A stretch of 63,800 bases of DNA, filler included, from Octopus bimaculoides (GCF_001194135.2; 9 parts of 9 records of this genome joined end to end with filler, not necessarily neighbours in it); one strand, 5' to 3'; positions 48,328 to 61,329 are shown, counted from the first letter of the whole stretch. Numbers and translations: made by a program. Notes: a model not told the origin generated them from the sequence alone.

Positions 48328-48446
48328 ACTTACGGCCATATCACGTTGAGAGCACCGGTTCTCGTCCGATCACTGAAGTTAAGCAACATTGAGCCTAGTG
48401 AGTACTTAGATGGGTGACTGCTTGGGAAACCTAGGTGCTGTAAGCG
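48328..48446 (+). rRNA. 5S: 5S rRNA, isolated full-length copy (probable pseudogene)
   Basis: ACTTACGGCCATATCACGTTGAGAGCACCGGTTCTCGTCCGATCACTGAAGTTAAGCAAC...AGTACTTAGATGGGTGACTGCTTGGGAAACCTAGGTGCTGTAAGC matches the metazoan 5S fold and internal promoter. No oligo-T terminator follows, and there is no tandem neighbour. Confidence 0.9.
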
Positions 48447-49194
48447 TCACACACTTCAAAGACGGTGCTCCAGCATGGCCGCAGTCAAATGAGTGAAACA
48501 AATAAAAGAATAAAAGAATTTCCAAGTGGGGACATCGAGCCGTAGAAACCATGCCAGAAGCAGACATTGGTGCACAATACAACCCTCGGATCTGTCAGAT
48601 CCTGTCAAACTGTTCCAATCCATGCCAGCATGAAAGATAAAGAGCATTAAAAGATGATGACGACAACGACGATGATAGTGATGATGGTGGTGATGATGAT
48701 GATGAAGATGACAGCAGTGATGATGATGATGATGAGGAGGAGGAGGAGGAGGGAGTGTCTGGGCTGCTGTCTGGTGAGTCACGATGTTCTGGTATCGTTT
48801 TGTTACAAGAGGATCTGAGAGTGTTCTGTTTCAAAAGTAATTATGTCGGCAGTGAAAGGGTGGCAGACATGAGGAAACGTCTGTGATGGGAAGGGGCAGG
48901 ATAATGACTTGGCAGTGAGTAACAATACAAATACAAGTGTTTAGTGTTAGGAATAAATTGGAATAAAAAGGATGGATGGAACTCTACGGAACGGTTCTGC
49001 TGATGTATCACCTGGATACAGGAATATAAATGATGGATATAAATAGCAAATAATACGTTTAAATAATGAAATAATGGTTACAAGATGGCACCTAATTGTT
49101 GTTGTTGTTGTTGTTGTTGCTGTTGCTGTTGCTGCTGTTGTTGCTGCTGTTGATGTTGTTGCTGTTGTTGTAACATTTATCCCCGGTCAGTGCG

Positions 49195-49355
49195 GTGAAG
49201 GTATGTGGCTCTGTGGTCAGGGTATTCAGCTCACTATCCTAAGGTCGTGAGTTCGATTCCTGGCGGTGCGTTGTGTCCTTCAGCAAGGCACTTTATTTCA
49301 CGTTGCTCCGGTCCACTCACCTGGCAAAAATAAGGAATACCTGTAATTTCAAAGG
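49195..49355 (+). mobile_element. SINE family C, 5' part
   Basis: TGTGGCTCTGTGG...GAGTTCGATTCCTGGCGG...GGTCCACTCACCTGGC. Confidence 0.7.
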
Positions 49356-49959
49356 GCCCCCATAAAAAGCATGCAGTGCACTGTACAAAGGTGTTGGTGT
49401 TAGGAAGGGCTTCAAGCTGCAGAAACCCTGCCAAAAGGGGCAAATGCAGCCTGGTGCAGCTCTCCAGCTTGTGTGTTTGTCTGTGTGTGCATATGTACAT
49501 GTGTGTGCATATGTACATGTGTGTGTATATGTGCATGTGTGTGTGTTTATATGCATGTGTGTATGTGCATGTATTTGAGTGTGTGAATGCATGTGTATGT
49601 GTGTGTGCATGTGCATATATGTGAGCATGTGTGTGTGTATGTATGTGCATATGTGTGAGCATGTGTGTGTGTGTGTGTGAATGCATGTGTATGTGTGTGT
49701 GAGTATGCATGCGTGTGTATCCAGCTGAAATGTCAAAACAAAAAAATATTACATCTCCTTTCCAATGTCAAAGCAACTAATAATGATAACAGATTAATGA
49801 TAATAATAATAAATATCTGATGTTACAAACCATGTCAAATGAAATAATAAAATAAGCAGAAAGCAAAATATTTTCATAATATGTAGAGGAGGGTGGAAGG
49901 GGAGAGAATAAGAAATGACATATTGCATGGTGTGGGAGGAGGAATCTGGGAAATGGAGA

Positions 49960-50630
49960 AAAGAGAGAGACAGAAAGAGAAGACACGCACACACATAGAG
50001 AAAGATAGAGAGACAAAGAGAGAGAGAGAAACACACACACACACAAAAAGACAGATGGAGAGGAAAAACAGAAAGAGAGAGAGAGAAAAAGACACACACA
50101 CACAAAGACAGAGAGACAGACAGGGAGATGGAAAGAGAAAGACAGAGGGACACACAGACAAAGTGGGAAAGAAAGACAGATAAAGGGAGAGAGACATGCA
50201 CACATACAGTGGAAGACAGCGTCAAACATACAAAGTGACAGAGAGAGAGAGAGAGAGAGAGAGGGGCACATATACACACACACATACACACACACACACA
50301 TACACTCACACAGAAAAAGTCAGAGATAGACAAAGAGGGAGAGAGAGAGAAAGACAGAGGGACAGAGAGAGACATGCGCACACACAGAGAAAGAGAGAGA
50401 GACACACAAAGAGAGAGAGAGGGTTTAAGACACAAAAAGACAGAGAGACAAACAAAGAGAAAGAGAGATGCAGATAGAAAGACAAAGTGTGAGACAGACA
50501 AAAGAGACAGAGATATGCACACAGAGAAAGACAGAGACAAACAGAGAAAGAGGGAGGAGAGAAACAGATACAGAGACAGTGAGAAAGAGAGAGAGAGAGA
50601 GAAAGCCAAAGAAGAAAGAGAGAGAGAGCC
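49960..50630 (+). repeat. (GA)n/(GACA)n/(CA)n compound purine-rich tract
   Basis: Source of the ERER and LSLS pseudo-ORFs. Confidence 0.9.
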
Positions 50631-51047
50631 TGATTACATTGACCTACACCTCCTGGGTATATTTAGCCATTCACATACCTTGTTGTTATGACAGATGACA
50701 CAATTTGAGATGTGGAGGGGGTTGGGATGGAATTCAAGGCAAAGAGCTCTGCTGTTATACACACACCCACGCACACACACACACACAGGGAATGGCCATA
50801 TGGTTGAAAAGGTTGCTTTCCAACCATTTGGTTTCGTGTTCAGACCCATTACTTGGCACCTGGGACAAGTGTCTTCTACTATAGCCCCAAGTTGACTAAA
50901 GACTTGTGAATGGGTTTGGTCAGCAGAAACAGGAAGAAGCCGGCCGTATATAAATATATGATGGATTCAACCATTGTTAGACAATGTATGAGGGTTTGAC
51001 AATTTCTTACCGACTCCCTCCCTCCATCAGATTAACATTACCTGTAC

Positions 51048-51090
<43 letters not shown>

Positions 51091-51092
<2 letters not shown>

Positions 51093-51890
51093 GGGTACGG
51101 TGGGTAAATTCTTGCCATTTTATATTTTTAATTTCGTGCATACACATTGTTTTTTTATTTTGTTGACTACACAGTATCGTAGGGTCAGTTGGGCACCACC
51201 TGTGAGAAAAACAGCACCATGACACAATTCACTCTGCCAGAAATTTGGAAACAACGTGCTGTACTAAATGGCATTCACACCAAAAGCTCCAATACAAACA
51301 TTTCAGAGTGCTTGGGTGTCAAACTGAGGACATGTACCATGAGTGATAAAAATCAAACACGCAGTCAGCATCATGGTGTTTGGAGTAATCACGAGTGATG
51401 GTAATGTTAAGCCTCCATTCATCTTTCCACACAGCCTCTGACATAACACGGAGGCCTACATCAAGTGCCTGGAGGAGGTAGTTCTGCCCTGGGTCAAGAG
51501 GGTGGCTGCAGGAAGAACCTATGTCTGGCAACTGGGCTCTGCACCATGCCACACGAGCAGGAAAACCCAGTCATGGCTGTCAGACAATTTCTGTAACCAC
51601 ATCACCCCTAACATCTGGTTACCTAACTAACCAGACAGTAACCCCCTTGATTATTATGTGTGGGATGCAATTGAGTGAGAGACCAACAAAACTCCTTGTA
51701 ACACAAAAGATGATCTGAAGGCAAGGATTATGACAGCATTCACCAACTTAAACAAGGAGACCGTCCAGAAGAGTTGCAGGAGATTCTGAAATCGTCCGGA
51801 GGCCATGGTTGAAGCCAATGGCGATTTTATTGAATAAATTTATTCTTTAGTATTTCAAGATATTTTCATGTAATTTTGTAAATATATCCA
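51091..51890 (+). mobile_element. Internally deleted DD37D (maT) transposon, pseudogenised
   Basis: ATG at 51219 (MTQFTLPEIWKQRAVL..) is joined to VIKIKHAVSIMVFGVITSDG...YVWQLGSAPCH...WLPN*PDSNPLDYYVW...VEANGDFIE* (TAA 51835-51837). There are 37 residues between the second catalytic position (G replacing D) and the third D. Confidence 0.9.
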
Positions 51891-52899
51891 ATGAGCATTG
51901 CCTATATGAACCCTTGGGGGACATATGGACTCAGGTTGAGAACTGGTTTAAATGAAGAAAGACAGAAAATTTTTTTAAAGAAACAGTTTGATAATTGTAT
52001 TTCTTATGCAAATAACTGCTTCAGACATCTTGAAGTTGGACATGTTTGGCAAGTCACTTGATATGAGGACGTATGTTGAAAATGAATTAATCAACAGTTG
52101 CCCCAGTATGGTCACAGCTCCAGAGCTGAAACTAGTTAAAGAGTTCATTGCATCTTGGAAGGAGCATTTTAGCCATTTAAAAACCCTCAAAAAAATACTT
52201 TTACATTCATATTTTGCCTATGTGTAATAATAATTAATGATGGTTTCTGATTTAGGTGCAAAAGCAGAAATTTTGAGGGGAGGGGCACAGTTGATTCTGT
52301 CAACGTCAGAATAAAGTAATGGCTTTTTTTTTTCTTTCTTCTTTTTGGCAATTGTATTTTCTGGTTGGTATTGGAGGCTAATGCATATACAGACACATGT
52401 GGGAGCAGAAATAAGTACATGATGATACAGGGTGTGTGTGTGTGTGTGTGTGAAAGAGAGGGATAATTTATTAATTGAGCCTGATAGGCATAAAGACTTT
52501 CTCTTTCCTCATACACATAGAGAAATATGCTCACACACATTAAAAGAGAGAAAGAGAGGAGAGGGGGAGAAAATGAGAGAAACATTAAAATGTATTAAAT
52601 GACCTTGGTTGTTACAAACACATTTTCTCATCACACACACATAAAGAAAGAACACACACACACACACACACACACAAAGTGAGACAGACAGAGAGAGACA
52701 GAGGTGTTTGTAACAATCAAGGTCGTTTAATAAATCATAATATTTCTCTCTCTCTCTCTCTCTTTCTGTCTCTGTCTCTCTCTCTCTGTCTCTCTCTCTG
52801 TCTCTCTCTGTCTCTCTCTCTCTCATTTTTCTTTTCACACCGTAAAACTCCAAATTCATTTTCAATTCTACTTAGTCAAAGATGTTCAGAAATCTATGG

Positions 52900-53500
52900 T
52901 GAGAAAATGTTCCTTTTCCACATTTCATCAACATTTCACGAACCATCTTACCATTGTCAGCAGCTTTATCTCATATCCAAGAATTTAGTTTCTTCTTTGC
53001 TGAACGCTTCCTTTATGATGATGGTGTTGACGTCTAAGTAGACCAATTGTTGCATGGAAGAGTAATGGCATTGACTGCGTGATAATGTTGGGGTGAAGGA
53101 TGAGGTTAATTTTGTTGAGCCTTTCTCTCCTGCTGTTTATATATATGAGAGCAGGAAATTAAATACAGTTTAGGAGTTAAAAAGTTGTGATTACATCTAA
53201 AAACTAGAATAAAAATGAAATATTCACAATGTGAAAAGGTCCTGGACACAAATCTTCTGATGTCAAATAAATCCGATGTTGAATCCACATGCCAAATAAG
53301 CAGGACCAAAAGAGCTATGCCAAAATGTATCATTCCTTTGACCATTAGCACTCTGGAGGAGCATCATGTTGCAGTATGAGTCGTCTCCCCTCTCAATGGA
53401 GAATAATGTGCCTGCAGCTTGTGGGGAGAAAACTCTACAGTGAGATAATGCACCAAAGCATAAGTTAATTATGGGTTGGATGTGGTGCTGATGAAAGAGC
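52900..53500 (-). mobile_element. Possible very old mariner-like transposase remnant
   Basis: Fragments LILQHDAPP and EIKLLTMVRWFVKC resemble mariner LHDNARPH and GI.KL..RW.KC; many stops. Confidence 0.3.
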
Positions 53501-54839
53501 AATAACTCTTGAAATATGCATATACACCCATCACTGATTTTTTTTTATCTTCAATTACATTGACATATTTGTGTATGAAACATTGTAACTTGCAGTGCTG
53601 GTTCTGAATTCTAAAGAAAATCTATAGAGATAATCTTTATAGAATATTAAGCAATGAAATTTTGGCAAGATATGTCATACATTTATGACCTAGTCACTGA
53701 TATGCTGATATCTTATAGTACAGGGTGAGCCAAAAGTCATCAAACTGCAATCTGTGGGTATAATCGGGTGACTTCAGCTTTTGCATTGTATATACCAGTG
53801 TATAAAATGTGCTTTTTTTTAATTCTTAAATGTAATAAAAAAATTACCATACATCCAATACGATCGTATTACATATCGGTTACCAAGTAACGGACAGACA
53901 AATGGACTTTTATTCCACCTTGTACATACTATTATGAATCAAAACGTCCAGTCACAATGTCTATGACCAAAATTGAAACATCAGTTCAGTTTATGATCAG
54001 TATATCTTGATCATTAAAGTAATTCCGCTGTTGGTGGAAACCATTTAACTTGTAACAAGGTGCTGAATTGAAACCCCAACAGCTCACTAAAGAGAGATAG
54101 GCCACAGCATATTAGGCAATGCCAACCTAATTGTCAACCAATGATATTTCAGCTGTGATCATTCGATTGTCAGATATCAAGTGGAATTTTCTGTGATTTT
54201 CTTGCTAAAATATGGCCATAAACATAGAATGGTGGCATAGATGTTTCAGAGATTCCTAAAAAGGCAAAGTTAAAAGAATCATTTGTCCATCGTGAACATA
54301 TAAGTCCCCGCCTCTTGCCATGCAACTATGTAACTAGTCAATTCTTGGCTAAACACACCAAACATACATACATGACTCTCGGCTGATAAACAGTGATACA
54401 GCCTCAGGCAAAGTATCTTCATGCATAAATCTTTTATCTTTTATCTGTTATGTTTTTTCAGTCATTGAACTGCAGCCATTCTGGGGCACCACGTTGAACA
54501 AATTTCGGTCAAATGAATCGATCCCAGTACTTAATTTTTTAAAGTCTGGTACTTATTCTATCGGTGTCCAACACCGGTTGTCAAGTGGTGGAGAGGTACA
54601 AACACACACACACACACACATCTGCATCTATATACACACAGAGGTCTTCTTTCAGTTTACGTCAACCAAAGCCAGTCACTGGACTTTTGGTCGACCTGAG
54701 GCTATAGCAGAAGACACTTACTCTAGATGCCACGCAGTGGGACTGAACCCAGAACCCTGTGGCAGAGAAGCAAACTTCTTACCACATAATTCATGCCTGC
54801 ACCTATAAATAGAAAGTTTCATTTGTTTTTTTTATGAGA

Positions 54840-55193
54840 AATAAACACGCAAACCTAAACCAGCCGAACCAAACAACCAAAAATATCAAGCGATCAACAG
54901 GAGTTGACAAACCATTAGCGAATAGGGACAACAACAGGGGAGGTATTAAGGAACGAATGCATCGATTGAATTCCAAAACGACCCCTATTATTTTTCTGTG
55001 ACCTTTAGCCTGACCTTTTGGGGGTTATTTTTGTTTTAAAACATTCCACGTTTAACTAAACTAGTTTATTCAGCGTGAAGATGACATGAAGTCACAAGTA
55101 TTGACTCCTTTTCCATCTCAATAAATCATATAAACTTCTCCGTTTTTTTAATCGAACGACACAGGTGCTACTTGTGTGTTTTAAGTTTGTTTT

Positions 55194-55229
<36 letters not shown>

Positions 55230-55700
55230 ATTAAAAAACATTTACAGGAATGTCACAAATTCTTGTCTATAAACGAACTTCCTTTCAGCTTACCTGCAAT
55301 TCTAGTAATGAAACTATGTTGAAAGTCTGTTTGAAGAGTTTCTTTTCTGTTTTATTATCATTTATTCGTGTATTTACCGAAAGAAGTTTTAAAAAACAAG
55401 GAGAAAACTTGATAAATATCCAGACGAAAGTTGTTTGCTCTGAATGTGATGAAGTTTATCAGTTCGTTACATTAAACGAACAGTATAAAACTTGTTTTGG
55501 GGAAGAAAGAACTGGTTTTTATTTTATTTTATTTTTTTCCACAAAATACCAAGTTGGAATGTTTACACAACGATTTAATATATTTCTGTCATGTCATCAT
55601 AGCTTACCTTAGTCACTGTGATGGTATTTCGGTGGTATTTTTTTTCTGCGTTAGAAGAATGAACAAAACGAAGTAAAAAAATAACAAAATAAAGAATAAA
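54840..55700 (-). promoter_or_regulatory. CpG-retaining island with two consensus minus-strand splice donors (putative promoter/5' exons)
   Basis: About 20 CpG by hand count in ~860 bp, versus about 3-4 in similar lengths at 57.2-59.7 kb. Donors AAG|GTAAGC (exon end 55608) and CAG|GTAAGC (exon end 55294). Confidence 0.4.
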
Positions 55701-56609
55701 ATAGATATTAAAAAAAAAGAAATTAATTTTTGGGGGTTGAAATATTCAGTGTATATAAACAAACATGCATATAGATACATGCTTACATACACACACACAC
55801 ACACACACACACACGTATATGTATATATATATACACTTAACACATACCTCCCACACACACATGTACACATGTATACATAAGTATATATACATACGTCGTC
55901 ATCATCATGCAACAAAACTAGCATAAACTATAAATTCCCTGAGCAAGTTGCAAGTGTAACCCTTATCAGAGCTGGCATCTCAATGGAAGACAACCCCAAA
56001 ATAATGAGAAAACAAGATACTAAAGCTTCACAATGAAAAACATATTTAAATAAACAAACATAACAAATATATACAACCCATCATCATCTGTCTAATGAAT
56101 ATCATTGTAGTTTCTTTGATTTTCTGTTAGTTACGACGATGAGGATTCATTTCTTTGATCAGCTGAATTACCTACTCCTAAATTAATGTGTAAGTGACTG
56201 AGTATTCCACAGGCATGTGTAACCTTAATGTAATACTTATATGGAATCAGTTTGACACAGTGTGCTTGACCAGGCTGGAGCTTTCTGCCCACTGAATTTC
56301 GGTCATAAGGTAAGGGTCAAATCAAGGGTGTAGGAAATAACATTTGCCCAATATGCCACACAGTGGAATTGAACCCAGTGCCTTGTGGATACAAAGAAAA
56401 TTTCTTAACCATTCAACCATTCTACATCTGTGTGTGTGTAATACAAGATATATAAAATTATAAATAGCAGATAAATAATGGTCATTACATATTTCTGCCA
56501 CAAGAATCCTTGGAGTTCTTCACTAATCTAAACAATACTGTTAGCCTGGTGTGCCAACAGAGAGCTTATGAAGTCTTTTGCCCGAATTGAAAATCCTTTA
56601 CTAATAACT

Positions 56610-56648
<39 letters not shown>

Positions 56649-56699
56649 AGAAGAAAAGAAAATGGAGATTAGGAAGTTAATAACTGTTTATTATTAACA

Positions 56700-57215
56700 G
56701 CAGGAGTAGCTGTGTGGTGAGTAGCTTGCTTACCAACAACATGGTTCTGGGTTCAGTCCCACTGCATGGCACCTTGGGCAAGTGTCTTCTACTATAGCCT
56801 TGGGCTGACCAAAGCCTTGTGAGTGGATTTGGTAGACGGAAACTGAAAGAAGCCTGTCATATATATATGTATATATATATATATGTNNNNNNNNNNCTGC
56901 ATGGCACCTTGGGCAAGTGTCTTCTACTATAGCCTTGGGCTGACCAAAGCCTTGTGAGTGGATTTGGTAGACGGAAACTGAAAGAAGCCTGTCATATATA
57001 TATGTATATATATATATATGTGTGTGTATATGTTTGTGTGTCTGTATCCCCCCCCCCAACATCGCTTGACAACTGATGCTGGTGTGTTTACGTCCCCGTA
57101 ACTTAGTGGTTCGGCAAAAGAGACCGATGGATTAAGTACTAGGCTTACAAAGAATAAGTCCTGGGGTCGATTTACTTGACTAAAAGGCAGTGCTCCAGCA
57201 TGGCCGCAGTCAAAT
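56700..57215 (+). mobile_element. SINE family B followed by family D body
   Basis: GCAGGAGTAGCTGTGTGG...GAAAGAAGCCTGTC, then GTCCCCGTAACTTAG...GTGCTCCAGCATGGCCGCAGTC; part is duplicated around a 10-N gap. Confidence 0.8.
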
Positions 57216-58559
57216 ATTTCAAAAACCAAGCCCACAAATTATTACAAAACACAGCCTAATTTGAACAAAAGTTTAAATTGATGAGGTCATTCTGAGCTTC
57301 ATTAATTTATGCTTGCTCTACAAACCAAATGAATCTCTAAACTTTATATACATTATATTCCAACCACTCTAGGAATACTACCAGATATCATATACGTCAT
57401 ATTTTATAAGCTATCATACCAGACTACCAATAAATAGATATTCACAGACACAGCAACTTACTACAATGATGCACTAGCTAGTAACAGGTATGCCAGCAAA
57501 AATCTCTTAATTAGATCCTAGCACCAGGTCACAAACAAAAATATTAACAGAAAATGGAATATTACTCAGTTTACACCACTGTACAGTATTAGTGTAGCTA
57601 TACTTTTATCAAAAACTTTACATAACTTAGAAAGCATTCCCCCACGACATAAGTACAATAAAAATTTTTTTAAATAGCATTAAAGTATCATACTCTAGTA
57701 CTAATTATTTGACCAGAATTTCACTGCATCCAACCTCCATAAAACCAGTGATGGCAATAACCACACTTCTATTGGCTCTACAACTGCATCACCATCAACA
57801 ACTCTGCACTTGATAACAATTGATTATTAGCTAAGGATATCATCTACAAATGCACAGTCAACACTAATACCTCTTGTGAAAGCTACATAAAAATGACTTT
57901 CAGAAATTTCATAAATAAGTACAAGACACACATTTACTCACACAGACACCGCAATAAGTTGAACTACATCTCACCTGCAAGGACCATCTTTGATCTAAAA
58001 AACATATTCATAGCATTAGGACACCAAGTTCAAAATCTTATCCTGAGCAAGATCTTACACTGGGAACCACAAATCTTTTCTGAATAATCCTATTCACCAA
58101 AGACGACCTCTTTAACACTCTCTCTTTCCTTTCCTGAAAAATACACTCTCTCTTTCCTTTCCTGAGCGTCCAATAATACTATCCATATCACGTCCTCACC
58201 TTGTTGTTTTTTTGTTTTTTTGTTATTGTGTTTTTGAACTNNNNNNNNNNNNNNNNNNNNNNNNNNNNNNNNNNNNNNNNNNNNTTAATTAATTAANNNN
58301 NNNNNNNNNNNNNNNNNNNNNNNNNNNNNNNNNNNNNNNNCAAGGAATACTATCAGACAACTTGGCTTGCCAATTTTCCATATAGAAGGGACCAAAAGTA
58401 GAGGTATTCTGAATTATGAAACTCTGTGCCAGTGTGATGTCAAAAAAATTGTATATTTTGATTGTGTATTTACCCTTGCCAAGACTGGGGTATGAATGCT
58501 ATTAGTAGTTGTTGAAAAAAAGGGAATACAGAGGGTTCCTCTGAAAAGACTCAAAAGTG

Positions 58560-58910
58560 GGATCAGCTATTGAGGCAGCCAACTATACAGTTGGAAGAGC
58601 CATTATGAATATCATAGCAGTGAAAGCAGAACTACCAGGGATAGTTGATGCTGAAAATATCTAGTGAAGTAAGGGATACACCAGTTATTCACATAACTAA
58701 ATAGGAGGTGTTATTCCCAAAGACTGGCATATTAGCAGCATGGTGAACAGTTCAAAGGAGTTTCTTTAGAAAGGAGCAATTACAAGGATATGAAATTGAT
58801 GAACCAAGACATGAAAATTGCAGAGAGAATTAGAGGAGGCAAAGTTTGGTTTTGTGCACTGCTCTATTTTTAGCAAGGAAGCTAGAGAGATCTCAACCAA
58901 GAGGGCACTA
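58560..58910 (+). mobile_element. Highly decayed RTE LINE RT N-terminal region
   Basis: GGVIPKDWHISSMVN..K...LERSNYKDMKLMNQDMKIAERI parallels RTE G.IP.DW..S.IV..YK.KG....NYRGIKL...MK..ER. Confidence 0.7.
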
Positions 58911-60169
58911 TTGTACCTAGTATTCATTTATTTTATACATGTTAAATAAAAAAGAAACTAAGACATTTATCCATGTTGCTGTACTGATCTGCTACCTAGT
59001 TTGTAACCCAAATATACAATCATCAGCAAATTCCCACGACAGAAGAAATCAGGCTAAACAAATAAGGTACAACAATCTATTTCTGAATATTGCTAAATAT
59101 TACATGACAGAATAATGGTATTATAATCTCAGACCCAGTTCTGCAGTCATTCTCAAGACATTGATTATGTCTATGCTGTTATAAGATTGTACAAGTAGAG
59201 TTGGTAGAGACTAAACAATAACTGCATCATGATAGCTTATCATAATTTATTAAAAAATAACTGCCTGAAGATGTATTTAGTAAGTATTTGACAACTCCTT
59301 AAACATATGCTTACTTAATAAAGAAACCAAGGTAAACTTTAAGTTTACAACTAAAAATATCTTTTACTACTGCGCCACAATTTTGTATAGAATGAAGAAC
59401 TGTTATCTACATCTATTTTCTGTCTAAAGAAGTTTCATGAAATTTGAATGGGTAATTTAATGCTATGTCTAAGTGAAGAATTATCAACAGAAAAACTCTA
59501 TCAGTCAAGTGTAAAGTTTTAAGATTTCCAGCAACTCCCAAAATTTATGCAAATACTGAAATAAAATCGTCACCCATGCTAGCAAGACAACAGATGGCAG
59601 TAAAATACTCATTACAATTATTAATCAACTCTTACTGAATTGAAATTATATGAGCATTTGGAATCATTGCCCATCAAAGAGAACAAGTAACTCCAAATAG
59701 GAACTCAGACCATGACAAATCATCTAATCCATGCTGGTATGGAAAGCAAATNNNNNNNNNNNNNNNNNNNNNNNNNNNNNNNNNNNNNNNNNNNNTTAAT
59801 TAATTAANNNNNNNNNNNNNNNNNNNNNNNNNNNNNNNNNNNNNNNNNNNNATATATATATATATAAAGATGAGAATGTGTGTCTGTGAGTCTGTCTGTG
59901 TGAATCCCTAAAACCAATTTCATTCAAATTCTACACATCCCTTACTTAGGGTCCAGGTAGTGTTTTAGGCCCAAACAATTTTTGAATTCTTGCCTAGTGC
60001 GAGTCCAGTGCAATATCACATCTCCTCCACTATTGCAGTATTACGTGTCAGAAGTGAAACAATAACATCTCTCTATTCTAATGTCAGACAGTTTCACTTA
60101 ATTAGTTTCACTTTAATACTGAAATTATTAAAGTGAAACTATTATCTCACATATATATAGGCATACATA

Positions 60170-60735
60170 CATAAATGCAATCAACAAACTTTTATTCCCT
60201 ACAAACTGTGAGTTTTTAAAAAATCTTTTTCACACATTTACTTATTACCATATATATACACAGAGAATACACACTCATACATACATACATACAAATACAC
60301 CCATACATACAAATACACCTATACATACAAATACACCCATACATACAAATACACCCATACATACAAATGAACACATGCATACAAATGCCTGTCAATCTTT
60401 TTCAAATACGATCCACTCTTTATTAAAACACATTTACTTTTCCCTATAAACTATGACGTTTTTCAATACAAACTGTGAGTTTTGGGAAAATATTTTTTCA
60501 CACATTTACTTACTACCATATATATACACACAGAATACACACTCATACATACATATGTACAAATACACACATACATACAAATAAACATACATGCAAATAC
60601 CTGTCAGTCTTTTCCAAATACGATCGACAGTTAAACATTTCTTCCCTACAAACTGTGAGTTTCTTCAAAATCTTTTTTAAAACACATTTACTTACTACCA
60701 TATATATATACACAGAATACACACTAATACATACA

Positions 60736-60769
<34 letters not shown>

Positions 60770-61145
60770 CATACATACAAATGCACACATACAAATACAC
60801 ACATACATAAATGCGATCGACAAACTTTTATTCCCTACAAACTGTGAGTTTTTGGAAAATCTTTTTTCACACATTTACTTACAACCATATATATACACAG
60901 AGAATACACACTCATACATACATACAAATACACTCATGCATACAAATAAACACAAACATACAAATGCCTGTCAATCTTTTTCAAATACGATCCACTCTTT
61001 ATTAAAACACATTTACTTTTCCCTACAAACTGTGACGTTTTTCAATACAAACTGTGAGTTTTGGAAAATCTTTCACATATCTACTTACCACCATATATAT
61101 ACACACAGAATACACACTCATACATACATACGTACAAATACACAC
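60170..61145 (+). repeat. Composite satellite, ~190-245-bp units with embedded (CATA)n
   Basis: The anchor CCCTA(C/T)AAACT(G/A)TGA occurs at 60197, 60442, 60644, 60833 and 61021. Confidence 0.9.
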
Positions 61146-61329
61146 NNNNNNNNNNNNNNNNNNNNNNNNNNNNNNNNNNNNNNNNNNNNTTAATTAATTA
61201 ANNNNNNNNNNNNNNNNNNNNNNNNNNNNNNNNNNNNNNNNNNNNAGGGGTGGATAACACCTTATAGGAAAGCCCTATATAAGCATTACATTTGACAGAG
61301 TAATCTGAATGCTAAATGGCTATTGTGTT

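Noticed and set aside
3813-49355. tRNA genes at 3813, 13389, 24128, 27672 and 49195
   Set aside because: A and B boxes are present, but there is no complete cloverleaf or acceptor stem, and each runs into a repeated SINE body.
55250-55612. 120-aa plus-strand ORF
   Set aside because: No recognisable domain, F/L/I/K composition typical of AT-rich non-coding DNA, and the strong splice signals here are on the opposite strand.
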